Shown here in pieces: positions 1 to 12,282 of a DNA stretch of 64,000 nt. The notes below the pieces were generated by a model that saw only the letters and a program-made list of their open reading frames with translations, had not been told where the DNA came from and did no database searches. Position 1 is the first letter of the stretch. The number at the start of each line of letters is the position of its first letter. The DNA lies in contig MU058451.1 in assembly GCA_013265495.1 (NCBI GenBank), positions 2,599,305 through 2,663,304 of the forward strand, in the 5' to 3' direction. The DNA is from Vicugna vicugna. Its lineage: Eukaryota. The position numbers were made by a program, and so were the translations under genes.

Positions 1-165
1 TGTAAAGCAAAATCTTACAGAACAAATGGATAAACTGGAGTTCATCAATATTAACAATTACTGCTCTTCAAAAGACACTGTTAAAAAAAGAGAAAAAAAG
101 TCACAAAGAGGGGAAACTATCTGCCAAGAACATATCTAATCAAGGACTTGATTAGAATATTCAAG
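1..165 (+). mobile_element. Old L1 ORF2 3' fragment
   Basis: tggataaactggagttcatcaa..ctgctcttcaaaagacactgttaa resembles the L1 ORF2 C-terminal region. Confidence 0.65.
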
Positions 166-481
166 AGCGGCGTCGCAGAAAATGGGAATAGGAAGCCCCA
201 GTAAAGAACAGTGCCTGTTACTTTATAAATAAAACAGACATTTTACAAAGGATTTTTTTAATCTTACATACTACTAATATGTAGTGATAACAACTGTCTG
301 GGTACTTTCATCATCAACATAATTGCTAAGAATTTATGAATCATCTTTCCATTATACCACACTGAAACAGGTACTATATTTCTCAAATTACAGATGAGAA
401 AATTGAGATTCTAAATTAGGTGTTCAAAGCCACACAGGCCAGATAATGTAGGCCAAAAATCAACCCTGGTAAATCTAGAAA

Positions 482-508
482 AAACAAACAAACAAACAAA
501 CAAACAAA
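482..508. repeat. (AAAC)n microsatellite
   Basis: Directly visible. Confidence 0.9.
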
Positions 509-1124
509 AACTACTTGGCTTCAAGGCCACTGGGTAATTCTGGCTCCCTGATACCTATTCCAGAGTAAACCTTCTCAAAGAGACATAGTACTAGAGCAGC
601 TTGAAACTTAGTTGTTCATACTGACAACTCATCAAAATAGGAAATTAAAGAAAAAGAAGAAAATATCACTTTATATTATTCATGGCTCTCTTCCTTATAT
701 TCTACATTATAATAGCCTTCTTTTGAGATGTGAGAAAATCAAAACAATTCACAGGAAAAATAAAGAACTGTATTTAGGTAACTAAGAGATAATGCCCTGT
801 CATAATTATAACTCACATTAATAAAAGGTGCAACAAATTACTTCAGAGTTCAATTTAAAAGTGAGCATAAAAGCAAAAGGGGACAAGGCAAACTTTAAAA
901 TATTTTTACTTTAATAGTCACATATTGAAAGTTCCACAAGTTGTTCATATTCTCTAAGACTCAATGAAAGAAAGAGTAAAGCATATAAACATAGATGGAT
1001 CATTACCTCCCATCAAGAAGTCTGTATAAGAAAACAATTCTACACCACCCTGAAGACATTAATCTCTACCCTGTGTTTCTCTACTCTGGGTGCACATTTG
1101 AGTCATTTGAGAGCCTCAAAAAAA

Positions 1125-1252
1125 ATCCTAATGTCTGGGTCTCATCCAAGACCAATTAATTAGGAATTTCTGGGAGTGAGATTCAGGCATAAGTATTTTT
1201 AAAGCTCCCTTTTGTGATTCCAATGAATAGCCAAGATTGAGAACCAGTACTA
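1125..1252 (+). mobile_element. MER5A-like hAT-Charlie fragment
   Basis: caggcataagtatttttaaagctccc..tgattccaat..agccaagattgagaacca; orientation label uncertain. Confidence 0.6.
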
Positions 1253-1463
1253 GAAGTGAGCGTGTTGTGTGTATGCATGTGTATAAACATATACACATAT
1301 ATACGTAAACTGCCATATAATTGGCTAATGCCCCAAGGAAATTAATGAGGTGGGGCTAGTTTTAATTTTTTCGTGCCAGAGATAATCATTTATCTCATTA
1401 AAATATATTTGATGTCTCGCTTAAAACCACTGGTAGACATGCATGAATGAAAATGACTTTGCT

Positions 1464-1580
1464 GGGGAAGGGTATAGCTCAAGTGGTAGAGTACATGCTT
1501 AGCATGCAGGAGGTCCTGGGTTCAATCCCCAGTACTTCCATTAAAAAACCTAATTACCTCCCCCCACCACCCCCAAAAAA
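1464..1580 (+). mobile_element. tRNA-derived SINE (Vic-1-like, camelid)
   Basis: A box TAGCTCAAGTGG, B box GGTTCAATCC, aaacctaattacc tail, TSD aaaatgact. Confidence 0.9.
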
Positions 1581-3746
1581 TGACTCTCCTTTCCACAATA
1601 AGGATCCAGAGCTAGCTAATTAATATTAACATTAATTATTAATTAATATTACTTAGACTGATTCTCTTTCATTCAAGAATATACTAATTATTCTAGTACT
1701 CATTCTTTTCAAAAAATGAGCTACAGGCTAAATGGTGTGGTCTATGGCCAAAGCACCCAGAGCAGTAGGCACAGGTTGGCAAAGGGATCTCTAGATCTCC
1801 CTGAAACTCAAAGGAATATGGCACTGCCTAGAAAAAAGAATGTGGACCACAACAAACCTGGTCCATTAGAAGAGTAATTTAATGACACAGAAGAAAGTTA
1901 AGGGAGAGAAAGCCAGGGGAATGGCCTTGAATAGGTGAGAAGAGTTGGGATCTAGTACAGAAATAGAAGGGTTGGCCTTAACAGGTAGTTCATCCATAAC
2001 TCGAAAAGGGAAGGCAGAGTTGGCATTTTGGTTGGGATTTTGCTAAGGATGTTCTAACCAAGGAGGGGAAGAGAGCTGAGGGTACATACAAGACATACGA
2101 AAGTTAAGCTGGATAAGGAAACATGCGAGGACTGAGGGGAGTGAGAAACAGTACAAAAGGAGTAGAGTCAGTGGACTGGTGGCGTGGAGAGACTATTAAA
2201 GTCAGACTACTAGAGGGGATGGACTGGGTGTCACAGAGAAATGGATGTTTAGGATTGTAATTATGGAGCGTCTTGCAGTTACTGGTCAAGATAAAATCAA
2301 GAGTGTGATCACAGGGATGAGTGGCTGAAGGGGAGGGGAAGACAAGATACTTGGAGAAGTGTAAGAAGCTGACATGTCGGCATGCTGGAACCTTCCATTT
2401 AGACAATATCACCAAAATTTAAAGGTTAGGATGGGTATTAGAGTGAAAGTAAACCATGAGAAATGTGATGGAATCACCCAGAGGCCAGCAAATGACTACT
2501 GTGGTGTCACATGGGTGTCACATAGTCTATTAACATGAAATTCAAAGCTGGAGGTCTACCTCAAGGATGAATACCTAGCACTGGCAATGAGAAGCAAAGA
2601 GGACACATACCAGAGGAGCCATAAACTATAGAAGAATAAAATATTTATTATCCTAAATAAGCTCAGTCTAGTACAACAATAATGACCGACATACACCACT
2701 GCACCACAGCACAGCCCAGCAGAGGGATCAGAGAACTTTCAGAGGCTTCAAAGATGTGAGCCCAGTGTTCAAAAATGATTACGGGCAAAGGGACCTTCAA
2801 AGCAGAGAGACATAACAACATAGGAAAAGGCAGACAGATGTGAAAAAACACGAAACAACATAAGAAATGCAAACAGTTCAACATGATTAAGGGCTGAAAC
2901 AATGAGTACGAAACAGGTATGAACTAATGGGTATGAAAGAGAGTCAGGATATAGGACCAGACAGACAGACCAAGGCCACTGCCTTTTCTCTGAACAAAAG
3001 ATATTATGAAAAAATTAAAGTGCTGCCCAGAAATCCCTCATAAAAGCTTGAAATAGGGAACAAAATTAACATTTCAGTTTCATCTTATTTTCCTTACTTT
3101 GAAGGAGATGCTAGAAAACAAATAATCCAATAACCAGTTGCTTTATAAAGACTAACCAACTTTAATAGAAACAATTGTTTCCACATTGTATACAAAAATT
3201 AATGATCATCATCATAATCTCCAATCAAGACTAAAAAATGTGTCAAGGAAATCTGTGCACAATTGAGATCTTAAAACAAATGAACAGAGCTCATAAATGC
3301 ATTAGTTATATTTTTGTAACATGTATACATATAAATATATACATGCAGCTATATAAAAATAGAAATCACACAACACTGTAAACTGACTATGTCAATAAAC
3401 ATATATACAAAAAAAGAAATCAATTTTCCATTTAAAAGAATAATATTATAAGTGAATACACAGATAACAATATATATGTATATGATATATACAACTTTTA
3501 TAAATGATGAATCTTAGAATTAAACATCATATTGGGAAAGATATCTCACTAAGTAACTTGTCATATTTTACTGTCTCGATTTTTATGTTAGCAGTTATAA
3601 TTTAATTGAAAAAGCTCCATACTTGGGAGCCAAAGATTACATGTTCAAGTACTGGCACTGCCAGTCATAAATTATTAGGCAAGTCATTTAACTTTTCTGT
3701 ATCTGAGTTTAATTTACAAAATAGAAATCAAAAATTCACATCTCAA

Positions 3747-3872
3747 GGGAGGGTATACCTCAAGTGGTAGAGCGTGTGTTTAGCATGCGTGAGGTCCTGG
3801 GTTCAATCCCCAGTGCCTCCATTAAAATAAATAAACAAACAAACAAACAAACCTAATTCCGCCCCCCAAAAA
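3747..3872 (+). mobile_element. Vic-1-like SINE
   Basis: A/B boxes, (AAAC)n tail, degenerate TSD aaattcacatctca / aatttcgtatctca. Confidence 0.9.
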
Positions 3873-4115
3873 ATTTCGTATCTCATGTGGTTTCATTAGG
3901 GTTTTGTGAAATACTGTATCTGAAAGAGCTCTGAAAACCGTAATGAGACATAAAATGTTTTAGGTACAGACTTCAAAATATTTTTAATACAACATTAAGA
4001 GCCTTGAGGCTTTCTGCGACCCCCTCCCCCCAAAATAAAACACAATTAAAACCTGAGATGATAAATCTGATAGACTTTGATAAGCATGTCTCACCACCTC
4101 CCTTTGAAACCTTAC

Positions 4116-4229
4116 CTTCGAATGAGCAGGCCCTCTTTCTTTCAGAAGTTTATACTGGGGTTGGACTCTATTGAAACGGGCTAACTCATTTACCAGACAC
4201 ATTGGAGTTTTCTCTTTGGGGTTTGCCAT
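4116..4229 (-). CDS. STAU2: STAU2 coding part of the 131-nt exon (exon 4116-4246): start of the long isoform, N-terminal part of dsRBD1
   Basis: Translates MANPKEKTPMCLVNELARFNRVQPQYKLLKERGPAHSK (38 codons), matching the Staufen-2 N-terminus I recall. Acceptor tttatttacAG (AG at 4248-4247), 17 nt before the ATG at 4229, phase-0 donor AAG|GTAAGG at 4115. Confidence 0.96.
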
Positions 4230-6001
4230 TTTATCTTGGAGAGAAGCTGTAAATAAAAAGGCTGTAAAGTTTTTGTGAAGAATGACTTTACAAAATGGAA
4301 GAAAAGCTAGTTTTGACTTTTTTAGATTGAAGTCAGATTGTATATTTGGATTAAATTATTTCCATAAATTTTATATAAAAATTTCGAATCATCTAAAGTC
4401 TTTCAATACATGCAACAGAAATATGTATCACATTTTAAACAATAAATTAAAGTAGCTTTTTTCCTAAGTACCTAAATTGCTCTCTATACACATATATGAT
4501 AACAGCATGCTTAAAGATTTTAAAACAATGTAAGATTATAATTTTTAATTTATCCTATAACTTTCCTTTCCTCTCAAGAAATTTTAGCATAAACACATAA
4601 TTCTCCTTGCTTCTTATTACTATAAAACTAAATTCTATCTACCTTTCTTATCATTTGAGCTTCCTTTTTTTCCTTTTCATTCTGAGGCAGCATATTAATT
4701 GAAAAAACTCTATAGACTTGGAAATCAAGTCCTAATTTTAATTACTAACTCTTCCAACTATTTTTTAGTAAATTTTTGTTTTTTTAATGAAATTTTGAAA
4801 AGTAGAAAAAATAATGTAACAAATGACCAAGTTTTTATCATAAAGAACTGAAATTAACATGTTCTGTTTAAATCTTAATAAAAAAAAAAACTATTACATT
4901 CCAGTTAAGTTCCCTTTATCTCTTCCAGAGACTACCACTATGTGAATTTAAAATATATTCCTCCAAGATACTCTAAACTACATTTATATGCATGCATGCA
5001 TACCCATAAAGAAATATGTGGTTTTATAGTTTACATAAATAGTAATATAATAAACCTATTTTCACAACCTTCTTCACTCTTCACAATGTTTCTGAGATTT
5101 AACTTTATAGATACAGTGCATTACTTTTAACTGCTATATAATTTACATCATAGTATCTTATCAGTTTTTTAATCCTCTCCCCTACTGATAGTAGACATTC
5201 GGGTTGTTTCCAGCTCTTCACTCTTACAAGGTAAAACATGCTACCAAACAGCACTCAGAATGACTGCATCAAATTACTTCCCCCTGGCAGTATGAGAATG
5301 ACGACTTCCTCGCAGCCTTGAAAACATGCAGTATGGTCATATGGCCAAAGTATTTTAATCTCTGACAATCTGATGTTTGACAAAATATACTGTTTATTGT
5401 CATTTGAGTTTCCTCTTCTGGGAACCACTTTTTTCCTTTGCTCTATTGATTAGCTTATGTATTATATTTATCAGCCTTTCTTTTATGGTCCGTAACTTTT
5501 CTGCTTTGTTTAAGAAATTCTTCCCTAGCCTGCAAGGTCTTAAAATTTTTCACTTAAATTTACTAAGCCTACTGTTCTCTCTCTATAAAATATGGGTAAT
5601 AAATCTATCTACTTAACTAACTCAGGTTGTTATACGGTTATGATTCTTAAATGTATGTACTTTGAATTCTACTGCAATTATTATTACAGCTTCAGAATAT
5701 TTTCCTAATACTATAGTATTTTATCCTGTATTTTTCCTTCACCTCATTTACAGACCTATTTAACTGCCTGGTAGTTCTTCTCTCATTTCCTATTAATCAG
5801 TGTCAAAAAAAATTTTTAACCCTAGCATAAACCATGCAAATGGATTACTTCCTGCTCAATTAAACTGCAGTCACAGTGTATAGAGAATATATTAAATAAA
5901 TGGAAACAGCTGGTTTTAGGAACTTCATCTATAAACTATCTATGGCAAAGTTTAATGTAGAAAATAGTATTCTTTTTAATACTTTCAATTAACTTTTCAG
6001 T

Positions 6002-6075
6002 ACTCTTTACAGGACTAATAATTTGGTATAATAACTTGACTCTTTACAGGACTAATAATTTGGTATAATAACTTG
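6002..6075. repeat. Perfect tandem duplication, 2 x 37 bp
   Basis: actctttacaggactaataatttggtataataacttg occurs twice in a row. Confidence 0.95.
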
Positions 6076-6393
6076 ATCACAATCATTACGATTAAGAAAT
6101 TATAAGAATACTACACAAATACCAAGTAAGCCACAAGTAAAAGGAAAAAGAACCTAAGCAACCAACTGTAGGACCAATACAGCTGTCAGCTGATTCTACA
6201 ATTAGACCATTCTAAGTGGGTTGCAAACCAAAAAGAAACAAAAACAAACAAACAAACAAAAAACTAGTAATTGTTACTTTTTGGAACAGCACAAAAAAGA
6301 TAAGAGTATTAGTCAAGAGAGGTTGAGGAAATCTGCATTTTACTTATTCCACTGTGTATCGTTCAAATAAACATTTTATAAACTGTACTGAGC

Positions 6394-6555
6394 GGAGGGA
6401 GGGTATAGCTCAGTGGTGGAGTGCATGCTTAGCATGCACAAGGTCCTGGGTTCAATACTAAGCACCTCCTTTTAAATAAACAAATACATACATACACACA
6501 TACATACCTAATTTCCTCCCCTCAAAAAATAAAAAAATAATAAAAATAAAAATAC
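6394..6555 (+). mobile_element. Vic-1-like SINE
   Basis: gggagggtatagctcagtggtggagtgcatgcttagcatgc...ggttcaa head and A-rich tail. Confidence 0.9.
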
Positions 6556-7649
6556 TTTTAAAAAAACTACCAGAAAGTCAGTCACTATATAAAATGCAAG
6601 GGGACTTGGGGCTATAACAAATTTTGGTCCTTGCATATCATGACATTAAGCACTCAAGTACAATAGTTAACACAGCTACGTAAATATCAAAAAGCAAAAT
6701 AAGAATGAAAATTTGTTAAAAATGAGAAAATACTGAAGTCTGCTAAAAATCAAGTCAATTTTGCATAACACTAAAATAGCATTTATACTGCTACTATAAC
6801 ACAATTTTCATTCTTCAGCAATGTTACGATGCAAAATGTATTACGAGCATAGAAAGAATAATGTGACAATTTTACAGTACAAAAAATTTAATAGCATAGG
6901 TTTTAAATATGTTAAAATGTGATAAAAACGATAAGTTTATAGCTCAGTAAACTTGCTTGGCAAGAAAATCTGATTTACATCCTTCAAAGGAAAAATGCTA
7001 ATTAATAACATGGTGTTAAACTTACTGCATTTATTTTAATGTTTTGCTTTATAAAAATAACATGAATCCAATAATGGGATTCATGGAATCCATTGATGGA
7101 ATCCAATAATTGATTTAACATGTGACTTAAGTTTTTGTGTGAAAGGTGTGCAAAATACACGTAAGATCTCACTCTGATAAAACTATATTATACCTAAAAT
7201 TGAAACATTTAAAGTTGGTAAATTTAAAAATAATTAGTCCTAATTCAGATTTTTTATTTTACAAAATTATTAAAATTTTATTTTCCATAGCTGTTCCTCT
7301 ATTTAAATCTCATTAACATTCATTACTTGACAGAGCTCAATGATAGAGCAATGATTTAAAAATTAAACCAAAATTTTGACAGAGTATCTACAAAATTATA
7401 AAACAAATTGGTCTACAAAAATTGAGACTTATAAACTTAATTTATACATTATTTTTTTAGAAAAGTCAACAGGGCAGAAAGTAAGAAATACATACAATGC
7501 TGCATATGTATACATTTTCAAGAGACTGAAGAATATCCTCAATGAAGCTATTTTGAAACAGGCTTCAAGGTAATTTGGTGGCTGGAATAGTAGATATCTA
7601 CTTAGAGTAAATAAAAATGATAATGGATATCACAATTCTAGACTTGGCT

Positions 7650-7780
7650 ATTTTTTGGAGGGAGGACGTAATTAGGTTTTTATCAATGTATTTATTTTTT
7701 TAATGGGAGTACTGGGGATTGAACCCAGGACCTCGTGCATGTTAGGCATGCACTCTACCACTGAGCTCTAACCACCGCAC
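7650..7780 (-). mobile_element. Vic-1-like SINE
   Basis: Reverse-complement head; perfect 10-bp TSD agacttggct (7640-7649 and 7781-7790). Confidence 0.9.
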
Positions 7781-9329
7781 AGACTTGGCTTTTGAGAGAA
7801 CGCACGCCACACGGTTAAGAGCCTATTTTGATATCTCTGCCACTGACTGATATCCACGTAACTCTGAGAAAGCATTGAAATTTGACTTTCCTTGACAGTA
7901 AAACAGAAATGATAGTTGCTATTTTATTACCGAATTATGGCACTGGTTGAATAAAATGATGTAAGACACTGTTAACAATGGTGAGAATGCATTATTCTGT
8001 TTATAAACAATTTGTCAAAGCACACTCTCATCGAATATGAGTACAGTGATACGATTTTATAAACTTTTCCATGGTTTCCTAAGCTAAAATGTTGTGAGTT
8101 AAAATGCTCTGTTAGAATAAGCTGATTTTATTCATATATTTCTTTAATATTCTATAAAAAGCAAGTATTTGTTATTATTTTTTCCACTGACTTATCGTAA
8201 CATATTAAGTTTGTTTCCACCAAAAAATTCCCAAGTGTGACATAAACTACATTTAAGATTTCTCATATTTGTGTAAGGGAATATTCTACCTTTGTTGATA
8301 TAAAATTTGTTTACATGTTTGTCTCTGTAACTTTAATAAGTAACAATAGTAAAAATAACTATTTCTAATAACAGTATCTGCACACTCATTAAAACATAGA
8401 CATACTCTATTTTTTGAGATACATTCTGTTTTTAATATCTTTATAAAATGTCCTAGGACTCTCTGGGACTTGAATCTTCAAAGTATATGAAAATAATATA
8501 GCTCATAGTTTTCAATCGACAGGCAAAAAAATCCCTGTTCCAAAGGAGCTCACTGTCTGGTAGAAAAAACACACACATATAAGAAACAAATACACTAAAC
8601 TACAATGTGTTAAGTGATATAATAAGGCTGTCAGAAGGGACTCTTCAGGTGAAGGGGCTGTTGTTGAAAGGCAGGCTTCAAGAGGTGGTGATTAGATGAG
8701 TTAAGGAAAGTAGGAATTCACCAAGTTAGCAAGGAAGGAAGAAAGATAGTCCAAGCTTTTCCAGAGCACACACACAAGAGAAAGCACATAAAACACATCA
8801 CATTCTGGCAAACACAAGTAAATCATTAGCAGAATATTGAATGCACAGTAGGAAATAGCAGGAAAAAATTATGTGACCAGAATCCACCAAAACACCAAAA
8901 GTTTCCTACGCCAAAACTTAGAGGAGCATCATTTTGAAGGTAGTTAAATGACAGTCAGAGCTGTTGCTAATAAATCATAGTCTACCTCACCTGTCAAGGC
9001 AAGTCTCTCCACAGAAGAATCCATTTCCATCCCTGGTCCCAGAAAATGACTTGCACACAGTTTCTATGTCTCTTTGCTGGTTCCCCTTTCCCTATTCCCT
9101 GCTATTGGAAGGGACTCATCCTAATTCCCAAGTGAAATAGAAAGAAAGAAAACAGAGTCAAAAAAGCAAGGAATTTACCTTCCGCAGGTTCTTGCCTTCT
9201 AGGAGAGATGTGACTATCCACAGCTGTAACTAAAATAAATCTTATAACTTCAAATTATAACATAACTTAAGGATGTCAAAGCAAAATCACCACCCATGGA
9301 CCAAACTGCTCTATTATAATTACCTATTA

Positions 9330-10190
9330 ATTAGGAAAAATTAAATTTCCTATCTCATATAGACACAACAATAAATTCCAGAAGTATTAAAATGCAAAAT
9401 ATAAAAATGACAAAAGCACAAGAAAACTCGGCTAAATGTTTGTTATAATCCAATAACATGGAAGGCTTTCCTTGATAACAAACCTAAAAGCCAAAATGGG
9501 ATAAACTGATAGATTTAACAACACAAAAATGTAAACTTCTGTAAACATCATAAATGACACTAAAAAAACAGTCTATAAACTGGGAAACACTTGTTACTTG
9601 TGAAGAAAAAGTGAAGATGATAAAATAAAATCCATAAAATATGAAGATGACATAAATCAAATTTTTTTTAAAAATCCATCTGAAAAAAGGGTGAATATAT
9701 GCACAAATCAATTCACATAATTTATTGAGTAAACACATGTGTTCAACAACTTTGTGTTTATAAAATAAAATTTTGAATTCCAATGAGATATAATTTACCT
9801 CATTAGGCTGATAAAATGAAAAAATGATCATGTAAGTATTGACAAGGACGTGTGGAAATAAGTGCAAATTCTATTGGTACGAACATAAATTAGTACGAAC
9901 TTTCTGGTGGGCAATCTGGCAATATTGATTAAAGGTTTTCAATTGCATCTATCTTTAAAACAGCAAGTGTACTTCTAGGTATCCATGTAGCAGGAAGACT
10001 CACATAAGATACCCACAATGACAACCTACAGAGCAAGACTGTAACAGCAAGAACTATACACGAGCTAAATAGCTATCCATCAGCAACTGACTGGCCACAT
10101 TAAACACAATGGACCATCAGCTTTGAAACAAGAATGATGTACGACATGGGAAAACATTATACAACACTGAATGAATAAAAAAGCTCTGAC
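9330..10190 (+). mobile_element. Ancient L1 (L1ME-like) 3' fragment
   Basis: Degenerate L1 3' motifs (aatgagatataatttacctcattagg, ctttctggtgggcaatctggcaat). Confidence 0.6.
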
Positions 10191-11220
10191 AGCTCAATGT
10201 CTAATCTTATTTTTATTTTCTTTAAACCAAACATGCATGTATTAAAGAAGTGAGACGGGAAGCAGGGGAGCTCACTTTCTGCTTTGAAATACTGTATTGT
10301 TTTACTTACGGATATGCATAACTTTTATATCTAAAAAATTATTTTACAAAGCCACACCAAAAGTTGGAAATGGTTTACAGTGTAAGTCTTAGACTAATTG
10401 CTATTATTCTTTCTAAAATATTTACGGGTGCAACCAAGGTTCTGACCGCAAGAAGATGCCCAAGGACCTGATTCAGAGCAGGCCATGAGTATCATGACTA
10501 CAATCTCTGACTTTTCCAAATGAAAATTTAAACCTTGTTAAAACAATGTGGTCTTTTTACCAACATTCGTACGGTCATTCGTCTTAACTTTGACCATTCT
10601 AATGCAGATGTAATGCGTCTCACTGTGGTTTCAATAAGCATTTCCCTAATGACAAGTGTTGAACATCTTGTCATTTGTTTACATGCCATATACATATATG
10701 AAGTAGATTGTCTATCTGGATATTTTTAATTAGGTCATTTCTTTTTCTTATTGTTTTATTTGAAGAGTTCTTTGCATATTCTAAGCACAAGTCATTAATC
10801 AGGTATATGCTTGGCAAAAACTTTCTCCCAGTATCTGGCGTCTCTTTTCATTCTCTTACCAGTGTCTTTTAAAGAGCAGATTTTAATTTTAATAATGTCT
10901 GATTTATCCATTTTTTCATTTACAGATTGTGTTTTCGGTGTTGTATCTAAGAAATCATTACCTAGCTGAGGTCTCAAAGATTTTCTCCTATGTTTTCTTC
11001 TAGAAGCTTTACGTACCAAAGTGGTCTCTGAACCACTTTCAATTAATTTTTGTATATGGTGCAAGGTATGCACTCAATTTCATTTCTGTATATCGATATC
11101 CTATGTTCAAGTACTGTCAGTGAAAAAGGCTGTATTTTTTCCACCTGTACTACTTTTAAGGCTTTGTCAAAAATCAGTTATCTGTATATAAGTAGGTTTA
11201 TTTCTGGACTACCTATTCTG

Positions 11221-11355
11221 TTAGTTTTCTGTGGGTTTTGCGGGGGGAGGTAATTTGGTTTATTTATTTTTTTAATGGAGTTACTGGGGATTGAACCCAA
11301 GACCTCATGCATGCTAAATACTCACTCTACCACTGAGCTATACCTTCCCCTTTGA
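11221..11355 (-). mobile_element. Vic-1-like SINE inserted in L1
   Basis: Reverse-complement head; TSD actacctattctg / actacctgttctg. Confidence 0.9.
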
Positions 11356-11626
11356 ACTACCTGTTCTGCTTCACTGATCTGTCTTTTTTAATGTTAATGC
11401 TGTTTTTACTGTAGCTTTATAATAATTCTTGAAATTAAGTAGTGCTGGCTCTCCAACGTGTTCTTTTTCAAAGTTGTTTTGGCTATTTTAAGTTCCTGCA
11501 ATTCCATATGAATTTATTTTAGGCAAAAATGCCTTCAAGGATTAGAGTAGAATTCCCCTGAATCTATAATTTGATGAAAACCAACATTTTAAAAAAGCTG
11601 AGGCTTCCAACCCATATACGGACATG

Positions 11627-12282
11627 TAGTCATTCCTCATTATTGAGATGATGTTATCTTGATGTTAGCCATGCCCTATGATGCTGCCACAATCAGTGAA
11701 TTATCAAACACTAAATCACTGCTTCTGGAAAATACAAGGGGAATCTTGCAAGCCTCTGGTCATAATATGTTTGTCAGTCCAACAATAAATAACCTCGTTT
11801 TATGTGTGCTTCTGGCTAAAGATCCCTTACTTAATATATACTGTTCAATCACAAATACCAAACTCACAGCCAAGAGAAACTCCTGTCTAAATGTAGTTCA
11901 TCTAAACACACGTATCTTCTCCATAGGCATATCACAGCCCTCCTGTGCTTAGGAACACTACAAAGCACTTCAGTACTATGCTTGGGGGCCATTTAAAACA
12001 GCTAAATCACCAACAAAAAGCACAAAAAAATGCAGCAGTAAACAGACAGGGAAAAGGACACTTGTTTATAGCAGGAGAGCTAAAACAAGAAAGCAGAGTG
12101 ACATCTCGTTCAGACTCAGTTCACACTGTGTGCACAGGGCAACGCAAATTTTTCAGCACTCTGCCTGCGTCAGTGAATGACCACAACAGCGCTGCAAGTT
12201 ATATTTGGGGTTACAAATAAATTTTAGCAGATAGGAGGCCAATTCACAAATACAGAATCCAGGAATAATGATGATCAAATGG
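11627..12282 (-). mobile_element. Tc1/mariner Tigger-type non-autonomous element (MER82-like)
   Basis: Ends agtcattcctcattatt and aataatgatgatcaa are degenerate inverted repeats; ~650 bp. Confidence 0.55.

Noticed and set aside
3984..4115. C-terminal part of the 81-aa ORF after ...PAHSK
   Set aside because: Intron read-through past a canonical GTAAGG donor.
6002..6075. 37-bp direct repeat as CRISPR-like
   Set aside because: Two adjacent copies, no spacer, mammalian intron.
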